Assembly: GCA_001599295.1 (NCBI GenBank)
Contig: BCGN01000009.1
Location: forward strand, 496,001 to 560,000
Length of the DNA stretch: 64,000 nt
Origin: Sporopachydermia quercuum
Taxonomy: Eukaryota
Reading direction: 5' to 3'
The notes beneath the pieces were generated by a model. That model worked only from the letters and a program-made list of their open reading frames with translations, made no database searches and had not been told where the DNA came from. A program made the translations under genes and the position numbers. Below are positions 47,157 to 62,664 of the stretch, piece by piece (position 1 is the first letter of the stretch; each line of letters starts with the position of its first letter).

Positions 47157-48170
47157 TCAGGAACAATTTTATTTGTTATTTTGAACAATTAGTTTACATT
47201 CAAATGATATTAATGTTAAATTAGTTGTGAGAAAACATCTTATTTCAAATAAACCGTTTCTCAGTTCTTGTTCAAGTATAGAGTCAATGATAACCTCCGT
47301 TTGTATTACTTTTTGTCCATAGTTTTTGAGTTTATGCATTCTCTATCACAGTGAAAATTATGCAAAGCCCACATCAGCAGTCGACTCAATTATCCCATCT
47401 CATGATGAATGAATAAATACATTGATGAATTGATTTGACTATACACTAAGTGTTTATGTGATTTCAAATCGGCAGATCTTTTCCTTCTTTATATCTCATG
47501 ATCAACTAGAAGGCAGAGATAACGGTTGTTTGCAGTTATGTTACCCATCTTTGTAACTTCTGGTTTTGGTTTATCACCACTCAGCAACGTTCAAACAAGA
47601 AGAAAGAACCATTTTTCTATTAGGTATTGAAATACTTGATAAATTATTGATGCAAACCACCAAACTTGTGTTTAACGCTCCACTTCAATCGCTTTATTTT
47701 ACGTTATAATATAACACTTGAATCAATTAAGGTACTTGCAATCTATCTACCTCTGTTATCAGACCGTTAGCAGACACATTTCACCAACAACAGAGTCTCA
47801 ACTGACAAAAGTTTGATCTTCATTTATCTTTCTTTGAAAATTCCAATTGGATTACAACTACATACAACTGGATTATTGTCGTTTCAGCATCCTATCAGAG
47901 ATTCGGTAATAATATCAATCAATTCGATTCATCCGAACAGTTTCATACAGTGACAGAAAACCAGAGCAAAAGAACGAGCAGAAATTGATCTTCTCAACAA
48001 AATTGAACTCGTGCAACTTATATCTTAAGATCTACTGTTATTCTTCCATTGATAAGCCTATCAGATTTACGTATAGACACTCATAAGCGCAACTATCAAC
48101 CAACTACCATTACTTTACAAGATAAAAGTAAAAACATTGTATTCTTATTGTTCGACCGTTATATATTGCA

Positions 48171-49043
48171 ATGTATCTACCGACACTCAACATACGCGAT
48201 AAACATAACTCTCTTCTGAAGGCTTCAAAGGCGAATAAATCAAACTATAATGCAAGCTCAGGTCTAACAACAGAGACAAACTCGTCTTATCTATCTCCAC
48301 TACTACAAGAACAGTACCATTCTCAGCTACGGTACATAAATTGCTTGAAAACGTTTGGTTACACTTATCTAAAGCCTTATGGTATTGAGAGAACAATGAA
48401 AAGCCTACTAGAGTCCCATGGAGATGGAGATGATGAGTTAGTAGATAACTTTGAGGGCGAAGATGAAATAGAAGAAAGGTTTGTTGATGATTTACAGGCG
48501 ACTACAGAAAATGTAGATATGATAGATGAAAGGTTTCATAATGAAGACACTGGATTGAATGTAGAGATTCTCAGAAATGATGGTGATAGCACCAGACAAG
48601 ATCTTGATAGAAGCAGCGTACAGGAAGAAGATCTTGATGCTAATATCCCTAATGAAGAGATAGATTATTATGATTATGAAGAAGGAGATGATGATATGAG
48701 ATCAAGTTATGAGCAGGAACGAGAAATAGATCGCGAGGAGGAGGAAATAGAGAGTAGTAGCTATTTGAATGAACGGTCATTGATGATCTCATCATTTGGT
48801 AATAGAAGAAGTCAAATAGAAAGAGAGTATAATAGCAGTAGTATAATAGATAATAGCAGTAGTTCTCAGTTATCACCATTGAATAGCAATACCAGAAACA
48901 TACTAACTGGTATTGATGGGATAGGAACCGGATTGGAAGGAAATAATAGTTCAATACTTAGCTATTCAAGTGCTTTGAATGAAACGGAAGGACAGGGCGA
49001 AGAAGACGAAGATGAAGAGGAAGGAGAAATGGAAATAGAATGA
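48171..49043 (+). CDS. MND2: Anaphase-promoting complex subunit Apc15/Mnd2
   Basis: LKTFGYTYLKPYGIERTM matches the Apc15 motif and is followed by a long acidic region. It is convergent with YVH1, as in S. cerevisiae. Confidence 0.82.
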   Translation: MYLPTLNIRDKHNSLLKASKANKSNYNASSGLTTETNSSYLSPLLQEQYHSQLRYINCLKTFGYTYLKPYGIERTMKSLLESHGDGDDELVDNFEGEDEIEERFVDDLQATTENVDMIDERFHNEDTGLNVEILRNDGDSTRQDLDRSSVQEEDLDANIPNEEIDYYDYEEGDDDMRSSYEQEREIDREEEEIESSSYLNERSLMISSFGNRRSQIEREYNSSSIIDNSSSSQLSPLNSNTRNILTGIDGIGTGLEGNNSSILSYSSALNETEGQGEEDEDEEEGEMEIE

Positions 49044-49147
49044 TCTAAATCGAGAGCAATAAAGATAACACTCTCATGAAGAAATAATAAAAATAACGTG
49101 CCAAATGAGCATCCCATAATTCTAACTTTAATAGTATTATTCATCTA

Positions 49148-50221
49148 TCAAATCTTACTATATGCTACCTCATCTACTTTAGCTTTATGTAAATGTATAG
49201 CTGGGACCATCCATCGTCCGCAACTACATCTATCACCTTTCCAACTATACCCTCCTATCTTGCAGCTACATTTAGGACAGTTGAACTTACCATCAACTTC
49301 TCCTTTCCCTTGTAATTCTTCTTTCATCCACCCAACAGGTTCAAGGAAATAGTGTGAACAAGGTTCTTGTTTGCCGTTTGACTTCTTGATACCGTTATCC
49401 TTCTTACCTAAAAATCTTGCTTGAGCAGAGTCTTCATCCGGTGGTGAGTGCGGAACTAATGCTGTTGATAAAGCTAAAGGTTGTCGACATTTTCTGCATC
49501 TCAATTGGATGAGTTCATCAGAAGCGGTACTATTCTTAGGATCACTGTTATCGTTATCATCATTTGCAACAACACCATTAGTGTCCGTTTTCACTATAGG
49601 TGACTTAATGTGAAATCTGCCTAGTACTATATCTACCTCAGACACGTATAAGTGATCTTGCTGACTGATTGATTTACCACTAGGATCTAACTGAAGTCCA
49701 TTCTGAATAACCCATTGATGATATGGCTTAGGATTAGTATTTATATCACATTTACACTCTTCATAAACAGACAGTTGCTTCATAAAGCTTGGGTTTGGAT
49801 TAGCAACTGCTCTTTTCCTTTTCACGGCATAAACTGCATCTTTAGCACTGAGCTTGAATTTCCACATAAGATAGGCAGCAGTAATAGTAACAGACCGTGA
49901 AATTCCCGCCACGCAATGTATCAGAATTCCCCCTGTTTGCGGTAGCTTTTTTCCAGTTTTTGATTCTGAATAATTTGCCCCATATAATGCTTGATCAATG
50001 AACTGATTGCATTCGCTGAACTGCTGTATTATATCAACGTTTTCCTCGTCGTTGATTTCAATTTGTTTGCAGGTATAACCACTAGTTAGCTCGCTTGGGA
50101 TTGCTCCATTGATTATCGATAGAATGTGAGTGATCCCGTAATTTTCTTTCAATCTGCCACTGCCTCCCATGTTGAGTCCACTGAAGGACCCAACGTAGAT
50201 ATTCCCGAGGATTCTGTCCAT
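49148..50221 (-). CDS. YVH1: Dual-specificity phosphatase with a C-terminal zinc-binding domain
   Basis: HCVAGISRS active site, plus CRKCR, CSHYFLEP, CPKC and CSCGRW. The likely start is MDRILG at 50221; an upstream in-frame ATG exists at 50269. Confidence 0.95.
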   Translation of the reverse strand: MDRILGNIYVGSFSGLNMGGSGRLKENYGITHILSIINGAIPSELTSGYTCKQIEINDEENVDIIQQFSECNQFIDQALYGANYSESKTGKKLPQTGGILIHCVAGISRSVTITAAYLMWKFKLSAKDAVYAVKRKRAVANPNPSFMKQLSVYEECKCDINTNPKPYHQWVIQNGLQLDPSGKSISQQDHLYVSEVDIVLGRFHIKSPIVKTDTNGVVANDDNDNSDPKNSTASDELIQLRCRKCRQPLALSTALVPHSPPDEDSAQARFLGKKDNGIKKSNGKQEPCSHYFLEPVGWMKEELQGKGEVDGKFNCPKCSCKIGGYSWKGDRCSCGRWMVPAIHLHKAKVDEVAYSKI

Positions 50222-50872
50222 TGTAATTGTTACTAGTTCAGCTGATGATACTATAGGATTATGTTGCATGAGCTGTAGGTGGCCAGACCAGCTGAGAAGA
50301 GCAAAAATAGCGCCGACAAGATTAACAACGAACGCTTGATGAATGTATTATATACAATGAAAATATTAGTGCTCCTATGAAAATGGTCCTGTTGTTATCC
50401 TGTTATGTGCTATCTATAAGCTCTCATGCAAATCGACTGATGCCTACTCTTTCTCTAATATTGAACCTCGGTATATTCCTTCAATAATAGAGAACAACAC
50501 TCCAAACAGCACTCCAAACAACGCTCCAAAATCTCAAGCAGCTCCTTTTAAATGTAAATAATAATAAATGTTTCTATTTACTTAATCGTTTAGAAGAAAA
50601 TCTATGGAATGTCAATAAAAAAGAATCAAAATGATGAGCATTAATGATTTTATGCAGAATACAAGAAATCATTTGCGACTCTATGAAAAAAACATAAGAA
50701 AAAACTTTAAGGTTTAAATAATTGATTAAAGTTGAAGAACCTTATGCAAGATAAAATTAAGTTCACAATCTCCATCAACTTTCTTGGGAAGTGCAGCATT
50801 TTACGACCTATTATGATTTACCAAGTATGATAAATCTACTATAGAATGTTCAGCGACTACTTCTTATTGAAT

Positions 50873-51078
50873 TACCGAATTGTAAATGAGGTAAGGTAAG
50901 AAAGAACAAGAGCGCTCGAGGCATGTTGCATACATGCAGTTGGTTCGGTATAGATATAGTTTCGAACACAGAATGGAACGCAGAGCTCGAAACTATAAAC
51001 CAGGGATACGTTTCCCAGAGACCATAGAGAGACACGCTCAAGTGGATTTGTCCAAGGAAAAGAAAAACGAGATCCACT
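50873..51078. ncRNA. Candidate structured non-coding RNA (cluster of hairpins)
   Basis: Four to five stems in about 210 nt, including a perfect 11-bp stem (50955-50965 / 50987-50997). Confidence 0.35.
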
Positions 51079-51677
51079 ACAAGGAGTTAATGAAAGTATA
51101 AACATTTAACGTACTTGAATGGTATAAAAGGAAAGCTTTAACGTGCTTATAATCTTTCATTGTCTGACGACTGAAGCTACCATATTGAATACCTAACTGA
51201 ACCTCAATTACTATCGTATTCTGTTAATATTCTATTCAAGTGCCAATCATCACTAGAAAGTCAACTTTCACGCGTAATTTAATATTTTTTGAAGTACCAT
51301 CCAACAAAATTCTCTGATTGTAGAGAGACTAGTTGGCCTACAGCTCACAATTTCGGTGGAGCAGATAGTTTATTCAGGAAACATTCGTAACCCATAAGAA
51401 AGAGATTCTTACTTTTCAATGAGTGAGGCTGACGAATTCAATTCATTGCTCCAGCAAGGGCGTGAAGACCCATAATATTACCAACAATTCAAGTGTTGAC
51501 AACACAAACATAATTTCATTTGTCATTTGAGCTTATAATGTTCATTTTGGTTGATTGATCAGTTTTCTGGTAAAATGCGTAAAACAGTCAATGAATGCTC
51601 TTTGTTTTGATTCTGTCTTTTAAAATAATAAATTTTCCCATCAGTAAATAAACTGCCTGTTATTATCTTCATTTTCT

Positions 51678-52652
51678 CTAACATACACCAAGAGATGATT
51701 TTAAGTACATCCAATATCCTTTTCGAATGGGATCATATTTAAACCCTAACGCATCAAACAATACACCGGCTTTTGACTTATTTGCTTGTTTTTCAGAATA
51801 TATCCGCGCTAAAACCTCAATTGCCTGTATACTTATTGTCGAATCACCATCTTCAGAATCTTCCTCAGCATTGGATTCCAATTCTGGTGTCTCGTTCTCA
51901 TTCCCCTTCTCATTAGTAATATTAACTGGAATCAAGCCAAGACAAAAGACTTCTAAGTCAGTCAAGGGCCTATTAGAATATTCATATATTCCCAAGAGAT
52001 AGTTCCACGAACTTAAATTTGGTGGTAGTTTCGTTATAGCTGCTTTTGTATATTCTATCTCGATTTCTATTTGCTCAGAGGTTGGTCTGTTTGGAGATTT
52101 GAATACAAGGAAGTATCTATGATTCCAAGCAGAGTTATTTCTAATATCAAGATTCAATAACTTGTTAACAAATTCTATTTCTACTGAACTTTCCCATAAG
52201 TTGAACTTGTTAACCAACCATTGTCTGTAACTCCATACGTGATAATTCTTAGAATCATTCAATAACATAGATTCTATCAAAGGATATTCAATTGTTGCAT
52301 CAAAATCAGGTATTCTTTCTATCAGCAGTTGTTTATAAGGCCATATTTGATAGTTCTTAGGCTTTTTAGCTGCCAAATTATCTGTCCATTTCAACTCCTC
52401 CAGAAAGTCTCTGTTGATGCCTTTACAGACATCGAACCTGTATGACCATATAGTATAATGGGCCGCGTTTTTATTGATGACAAAGTCAGTCAATGTTAAT
52501 GCACGTTCCGAGTATTCATTATTTAGCATGAGAGCCCTCAAGAAGCCCATCGCTTGTTTATAATCATCTTCATAGGCGATAGCACATAGGCCTGAATTAT
52601 CATCGACCTCAATGGGACTCAGATCTGAATAATCTTCAATATTGAAGGCCAT
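51678..52652 (-). CDS. RAM2: Farnesyltransferase/geranylgeranyltransferase-I alpha subunit
   Basis: PPTA repeats AHYTIWSYR, KNYQIW, KNYHVWSYR and RNNSAWNHR, ending YDPIRKGYW. Confidence 0.95.
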   Translation of the reverse strand: MAFNIEDYSDLSPIEVDDNSGLCAIAYEDDYKQAMGFLRALMLNNEYSERALTLTDFVINKNAAHYTIWSYRFDVCKGINRDFLEELKWTDNLAAKKPKNYQIWPYKQLLIERIPDFDATIEYPLIESMLLNDSKNYHVWSYRQWLVNKFNLWESSVEIEFVNKLLNLDIRNNSAWNHRYFLVFKSPNRPTSEQIEIEIEYTKAAITKLPPNLSSWNYLLGIYEYSNRPLTDLEVFCLGLIPVNITNEKGNENETPELESNAEEDSEDGDSTISIQAIEVLARIYSEKQANKSKAGVLFDALGFKYDPIRKGYWMYLKSSLGVC

Positions 52653-53782
52653 TTTTGGAACAATTGATGAATAGGATTTTGACGTTGCACGCAAAACTTG
52701 AAATAAAATATAGGATATCAAAAAGCTTTCAGTCAGTTCAAAAACTAAGTAATAGTGATTAAAATTGATGCAAATAACAAGAAAGGACCTTCACATATAT
52801 GTTGCTTTTGCTCCTTCTAGATAGCTTACCCTTAACTTGTCCACCTAGTATGGTATTCTTCCAAACGGGCCAATTCTTACTTATCTTCTCCTTGAGATCC
52901 TACTCAGATTTGTCTCACTTATATACCTCTGTAAGTAGAAATAAACCTTCTTTATTTGAATTTCCCTACAATTTGCATTCAAATGACTGAGAATTTAACA
53001 TCATCATATCGTCTGTTTGCTATGTTTTGTAATCCTTAGTTCTCATCATTTCATCCTTTTCTTTTTTTAGCGAAGACAATGACAATATGAAAACTGTCCA
53101 GATTAGGCATCATAAATAGTGAGCTTAGGAACTCTCCAGATTCATACAAAACCTAATATTATTATGAAACTTCCTCAAGTAACTTGAAGCAATCTTTTTT
53201 CCAGGATAGTATCCGCTTTTAGATCATAATTTCCGAAATTATCCTTGAGCAATAGAAAGATTATCTTGGATGCGCAGCGCAGGCCAAGGTACAGTACTTT
53301 TTCTTGAGAGTATAAAAAGTATACTATTTAATTGCCGGTTAGTTTCTTTTAATTTTTTCCTACAATGTCTCTATCTGTAATACTTCGTAGAAAAGTCCTA
53401 AGATGTGCTGCTACTATGATTTACTAGTATTCTATATCGATATTAGATTACATAATCCTTAATTACCTTCACACATCTCAACACACCTAACCTTAAAATT
53501 TTTTATTTACTATGAGGACTACAATCTCCCAGGGATTTCTTCCTGAATAACGAGTGACTGATTGCTGATAGAGCAGTAAAATTATTCCATATAATAAGTG
53601 CTGGTTGTTGAGGTTGTTTTATGAATAGATTAACTCTCTAGTATACTGTATTATAGAGGATTGTTACATCAATTGTATGCTTACGGTACTCAACAAGCAT
53701 AGCTTAACAGATTTGATTATCATTCTATCAGTTGATAGGAAAGGTTCTGATACAATACACTTATAGAAGTAAAGATATCATA

Positions 53783-55548
53783 ATGCCTGCTCCAGTCGAA
53801 GTAAGTACCAATATATGTATAATTGANGCTTTTTACACGTTTGGAATGTTTCAGCGCGACTTATCGTTCTAGAGCTTGTTGATTNATGCTNCCTTTTGCA
53901 GTATTACCAATCACCAATCACCAATCTACACTCTNCTTTCTTACTCACTATATTCAATGTTCATCTGGATCTCATCCTAACGAAGCTACAGGTTTCAAAG
54001 GTTTTTGACACCATCTTGGTTCTAGATTTTGGCTCGCAATATAGCCATTTAATCACCAGAAGATTAAGAGAATTCAACGTTTACGCTGAAATGTTACCTT
54101 GCACTCAAAAGATTTCAGAATTGACATGGAAACCAAAAGGTATCATCTTTTCCGGCGGACCCTACTCTGTCTACGAAGAAGGAGCTCCTCATGTTGATCG
54201 AGAAGTTTTCAATCTAGGAGTTCCAATCTTAGGTATCTGTTACGGATTACAGGAAATCGCTTGGATAAAAGACCCAAAGAATGTTGAAGCTGGCGAAAAG
54301 AGAGAATATGGAAAAGCTACCCTTCATGTTGAAGAATCATCTTTATTTGAAGGAGTTGACAATTCTCAAGTTTGGATGTCTCACGGTGATAAGCTATGCG
54401 CCCTTCCTGAAGGATTCAAGGTAATTGCCAGAACTGATAATGCACCATTTGCTGGTATTGCGAATGAAGAAGAAAGAATCTGGGGTATTCAATTCCATCC
54501 TGAGGTCACACATACTGTCAAAGGTAAACAATTGTTGAAAAACTTTGCTGTTAACATTTGTAAAGCAGAACAAAAATGGACTATGGCTAATTTCATTGAA
54601 ACAGAAATTCAAAGAATCAGAGCTGTCGTTGGTGAACACGGTGAAGTTATTGGTGCTGTTTCTGGTGGTGTTGATTCGACTGTTGCTTCCAAATTAATGA
54701 AAGAAGCCATTGGTGACCGTTTCCATGCTATTTTGGTTGACAATGGTGTCATGAGATTGAACGAATGTGCCATTGTCAAGGAGACTCTAACTGATGGGTT
54801 AGGAATCAATTTGACTGTTGTTGATGCTTCTGATTTGTTCTTAGGCAAATTAAAAGGTGTCACTGATCCTGAAAAGAAGAGAAAGATCATTGGCAACACT
54901 TTTATTGAGGTTTTTGAGGAAAANGCTGCTGAAATCAAGCCTAAGTCTGGCGATTCTATTGACTTCTTATTGCAAGGTACTTTATATCCTGATGTGATTG
55001 AATCTATTTCATTCAAGGGACCATCTCAAACCATCAAGACACATCACAATGTGGGTGGTCTTTTAGAAGATATGAAATTGAAGCTAATTGAACCTTTGAG
55101 AGAGCTCTTCAAAGATGAAGTTAGGGCCCTAGGTCAACTGTTAGGAATTCCTGCTGATTTAGTATGGAGACATCCTTTCCCCGGTCCTGGTATTGCTATT
55201 AGAATCTTAGGTGAAGTTACCCCAAGCCAAGTTGAAATCGCCAGGAAGGCTGATCATATATACATTGAAGAAATCAAGAAGGCCGGTATCTATAGAAATA
55301 TCAGCCAAGCATTTGCTTGCTTATTACCCGTTAGATCAGTTGGTGTTATGGGTGATAAGAGAACTTATGAACAAGTTATTGCTTTGCGTGCTATTGAAAC
55401 TGTTGATTTTATGACTGCCGACTGGTATGAGTTCGATCATTCATTTTTGAAGCATGTNGCTAACAGAATTGTCAATGAAGTTCCTGGTGTTGCTAGAGTT
55501 GTTTATGATATTACTTCCAAGCCACCTGCTACTGTTGAATGGGAATAG
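53783..55548 (+). CDS. GUA1: GMP synthase (glutamine-hydrolysing); exons 53783-53800 and 53992-55548, 524 aa
   Basis: [29 protein letters not shown] and KPPATVEWE. The 191-nt intron (GTAAGT..TCCTAAC..CAG) gives [13 protein letters not shown]. Confidence 0.97.
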
Positions 55549-55782
55549 GCGTGCTGTCCTATCGCTGATTAGTTAGTTATTTGTTAGTTTATTCATCAAT
55601 TTGATGTTATTAGAAAGTAAATAGAAACTTTTTATGAAATTAGTTTTATTTTAGATGTTATATTATATAATACAGTTATTATGCATATATTATCATTCTA
55701 TGTTGAGTTTTTGCATCAACTATGTAACCATAATAGTACGCTGCTAAAAGTGCTATGTTTCCGTACATATTTTAGTACACTG

Positions 55783-56518
55783 TTACTCTTTNTTTGTGGT
55801 AGCATCCTCCTCTCTCCCGCTTGTATCAACATCATTCTCATGTTCACCACCATTCATTATCTTCCTCAACAACTCCAATTCATTATCCATTTCAGCTGTC
55901 TTCTGTTCCTTCATACTTTCATACTTTTCTCTTGATTTCTTTGCTTTCACTCTCTTTTTATTCTTTTCTCTTTCCGCCAAAGCTTTCGCTCTGGAATTCT
56001 CATAATCAAATGTCTCCTGTAGTCTTTTTGCTAGTAACTGTCTCGCTATTTTTCTATTTTGTTCTCTCGATCTAGTTGCCTGAGAACTTACTACAATTCC
56101 TGTAGGAACATGCTTCAACTGGACTTTACTGTTCGTTTTGTTGATCTGAAACGCTAGTTAGAAGTTATTAAATCATCTCCCAATTTACCCTCCCAATTTC
56201 AACTATCAACTACCAGAAATGCATTGTATTTCAACATACTTTTTGACCTCCATTTCCCCTGATTGACGAGAGAGGAGAATATTAAGTTAATATAAGATTA
56301 TTTCCATCCTCAATGTTCACCATTTAATTTAATATCCAATGGTTCAACACAAATTAAACATACCCTCCTTTAATGAATACTTCTTCAATATCATCTTCAT
56401 TATCAAATTTTGGTCTTGGTGGTAACCTATTGCTTTTAATCAGTTGTAGATTGATGCTGGAGAAACATCTTCTAGTTGTGAGTGTTGCCTGACAACTGAA
56501 AAATCGTATCATTTTCAT
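55783..56518 (-). CDS. RSO55: Mitochondrial peptide-release-factor homologue (YLR281C/C12orf65-MTRFR family); exons 56518-56364, 56258-56240, 56145-55783, 178 aa
   Basis: The spliced product has a presequence-like N-terminus, then LPPRPKF...[49 protein letters not shown]. Confidence 0.9.
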
Positions 56519-56973
56519 AATACGATCTATAGCAATACTTAATGGTCAGGGTGTGAAGATATGAACCATTATAACTGCATAAGAAAAGGTTCAATACTAT
56601 CAAATCATAGATTTTTCAGATGAATCCATTCATTCTCATTGACATATTAAAATAAGTGTCAGGCTGTTAACTAAGACAGGCAATGCAATCATATTACAGT
56701 TTGTCAACTGCCGACTATTATTGAGAACAATTTTGGAACCAATCTTACACTATTTTCTGGTTATGACAAACAGAATAAATAACCCTTACTTTTAACTAAC
56801 TCCCATTTTATTCCTGTTTTAATCAATTTACTGATAAAACTTTCTTCATAGATACAGGGGAAAGGTAAACTATTAAACCAGGTTCACCCGATCAAAGTTT
56901 CAAGTATCTCCTTCTCTTGCAGCAACCTTGCATATATTTGTTTAAAAATAATCAAATGCTTATTTGTGATTGC

Positions 56974-57000
56974 TCTTCTTCTTCTTCTTCTTCTTCTTCT
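56974..57000. repeat. (TCT)9 microsatellite
   Basis: Directly visible in the divergent promoter between the RSO55-like and SET-MYND genes. Confidence 0.9.
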
Positions 57001-57638
57001 ACCCAACGGCATGTTTATACTAGAAAGTACCATTAAACAATCCGAGAATCAACCAATAAAACATGAATTGTTTGATATTGAAATAGAACTTGAAAAATAA
57101 ACTGCTATATATATTTTGCTACTCTCTTGAATCCTTTGCATTTGAATACTATAAACAACTAACGCACATATACCTCTCTACCTTACCTACCATCTCCTCA
57201 TTGCTGACAGCTCGTGTGGCTATACTACAAAAGAAGAAACAGCAGATAACTGCGATCCAACTGCGAAGAACTCTACCCCATTTCCAGACAGTGAACCGTC
57301 ATCAGGAAGAAAACCTGAGCATTTTTCTTCTACAGTTCTCAACTGTTGAAAGTTCATGCGCTGTGGTTTTCTGACTTGGTCCTAGCCCTCTTGTATAGTG
57401 TTTACTAAATGAGAAAGAGTGTATTGAAACTGGATGACAAGAATAACTAACGCTTTGCAACAGGACCCCTGAATAACAATAATAGAACAGGGAACAGCCA
57501 GATCAAGAAAGACAGTTGAAAGAAATNAACCAACAGACGAATACAAGAAGTGATTCTATAAGTCAAATTTGAGACTACACAAAGGTGCTTAGTTTATCAT
57601 TAACATACATGCATAAAAAGGATAGCTGGAACTTCAAA

Positions 57639-61067
<3,429 letters not shown>

Positions 61068-62664
61068 CTATAATTGCAGCATAGTAACTGTACAGTTAGC
61101 TATACCTGTACACATTTGATGTTCACCTTATTTCACAGCAATTCGGACCAATCATATAACAATTACAGCTATACACCCTAGGCTAGTAAAGATAATAGAA
61201 GAAATGCTGAGAAGGATTTCGGTACAGGCATAGGAACAAGTACAGACTTATTTATTCTTTAATGTCTATTTAGCAACTATTTGAATTAATCATTCATGAA
61301 CTGTTTCCATCTATGATTTGGTAGAATTATCATCGGCTTAATGTTCACCCTAGTCACACCATTCATATAATTCTAGTATCTCTGTCAGTGTGCCGCTTAT
61401 TGACCAAAACTACTAGATTCCAATCGTTTTCACCTCCATTTAACGGTATCTGTTCTACCAACATCACAAAATTTGAGTAATGAGTACCGGAAAGGCTCAT
61501 TCTACGGTTTCCTAAGCATTATCAATACTGTTTTAAGATTCAACGGCTTACAATTNAAGATTATGAGATTAAATGCTATCAAAATATGAATTAATACGTA
61601 ATGATTGATAATATGTAATGACTGACTATAAATTTGAGGTTCGAAACGCACTAACAACTATTCAGTAGATAGTTCTTATGGAATAAATTGCCAACGATCG
61701 CATTTTTTTCGTGTAATCAAGAATATTGAGCCAACAAGGCTTGCTCATCTTCATTGTAAGCTATAGTTAATATGGTTGGAATAACAGGAGCATTAGATAG
61801 AACAGTGTCGGTATAATAAAGATATTAGTCTGCAAGAGCATCAGGTAAATAGGCGTACATCTCATTCTCACTATTTTTCTCACTATTATTTCACTATTAT
61901 TGTTCTCAGGTCAACTCAATCGAGCTAATCAACACTTTTTCTACTTATTCACATGCAAATGTAATGGGAACATCTTTAAGTCCGGTTCGTACGAGCAGGA
62001 GAAACGCTAAACTCCCGGAACGTAACGGAAGCTTCCGCCTTCAGCATATGGCGTTTAATAATGATACCATACTAAAGTTTGATGTTGTATAGAATTCCAA
62101 TCCGCTACGTAACTTTCCTCCACTGTTTTCTTATTCAATATCATTCTCACGATTATTCACATATTATGATCATTACCATCAGAATTATTATTCTCATTCT
62201 CTTTGTCTTTGTCTTTCTCGTCACTATTCTATTCTATTCTAATCTAATTCAATTTTTGAATGCTACACAAGTATCACCATCACCGTCTCACTGACCTGAA
62301 CGTGTCCTAAGATCTTAACCCTTTCTTGTTCATAGAACAATCCAATCCAATACGACCTCTAAGATAAATGACTTCTCATGCGCACGATCTAATGAATAAA
62401 AGGACTAAAAAGATTAGCTGGACCATAATAAATTACATAGCTTAGGGTTGGAAATTGTTGAGTATACAAGACCAACAAGGATTCATCTGTGGACTTTATT
62501 CTTGTAAGCAAAGTCTGATTATGTAGGTGACATCTAAATCGTTAAATCGTCTAGATCAACAAATGCTCTTGATTTACCATTTATTATCTTNATCTTTATC
62601 TCCATCTTCATAATTAATCCATCTATAAATTTCATTCTTACCCATCTCATCACCATGTGCTTCC

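Noticed and set aside
50471..50480. GTATATTCCT resembling the snR30/U17 m1 motif
   Set aside because: The partner AAACCAT motif and ACA box are absent at the expected distance.
52653..52721. TTG-initiated, presequence-like in-frame extension of RAM2
   Set aside because: Poor start context and only 23 codons, which is plausible by chance.
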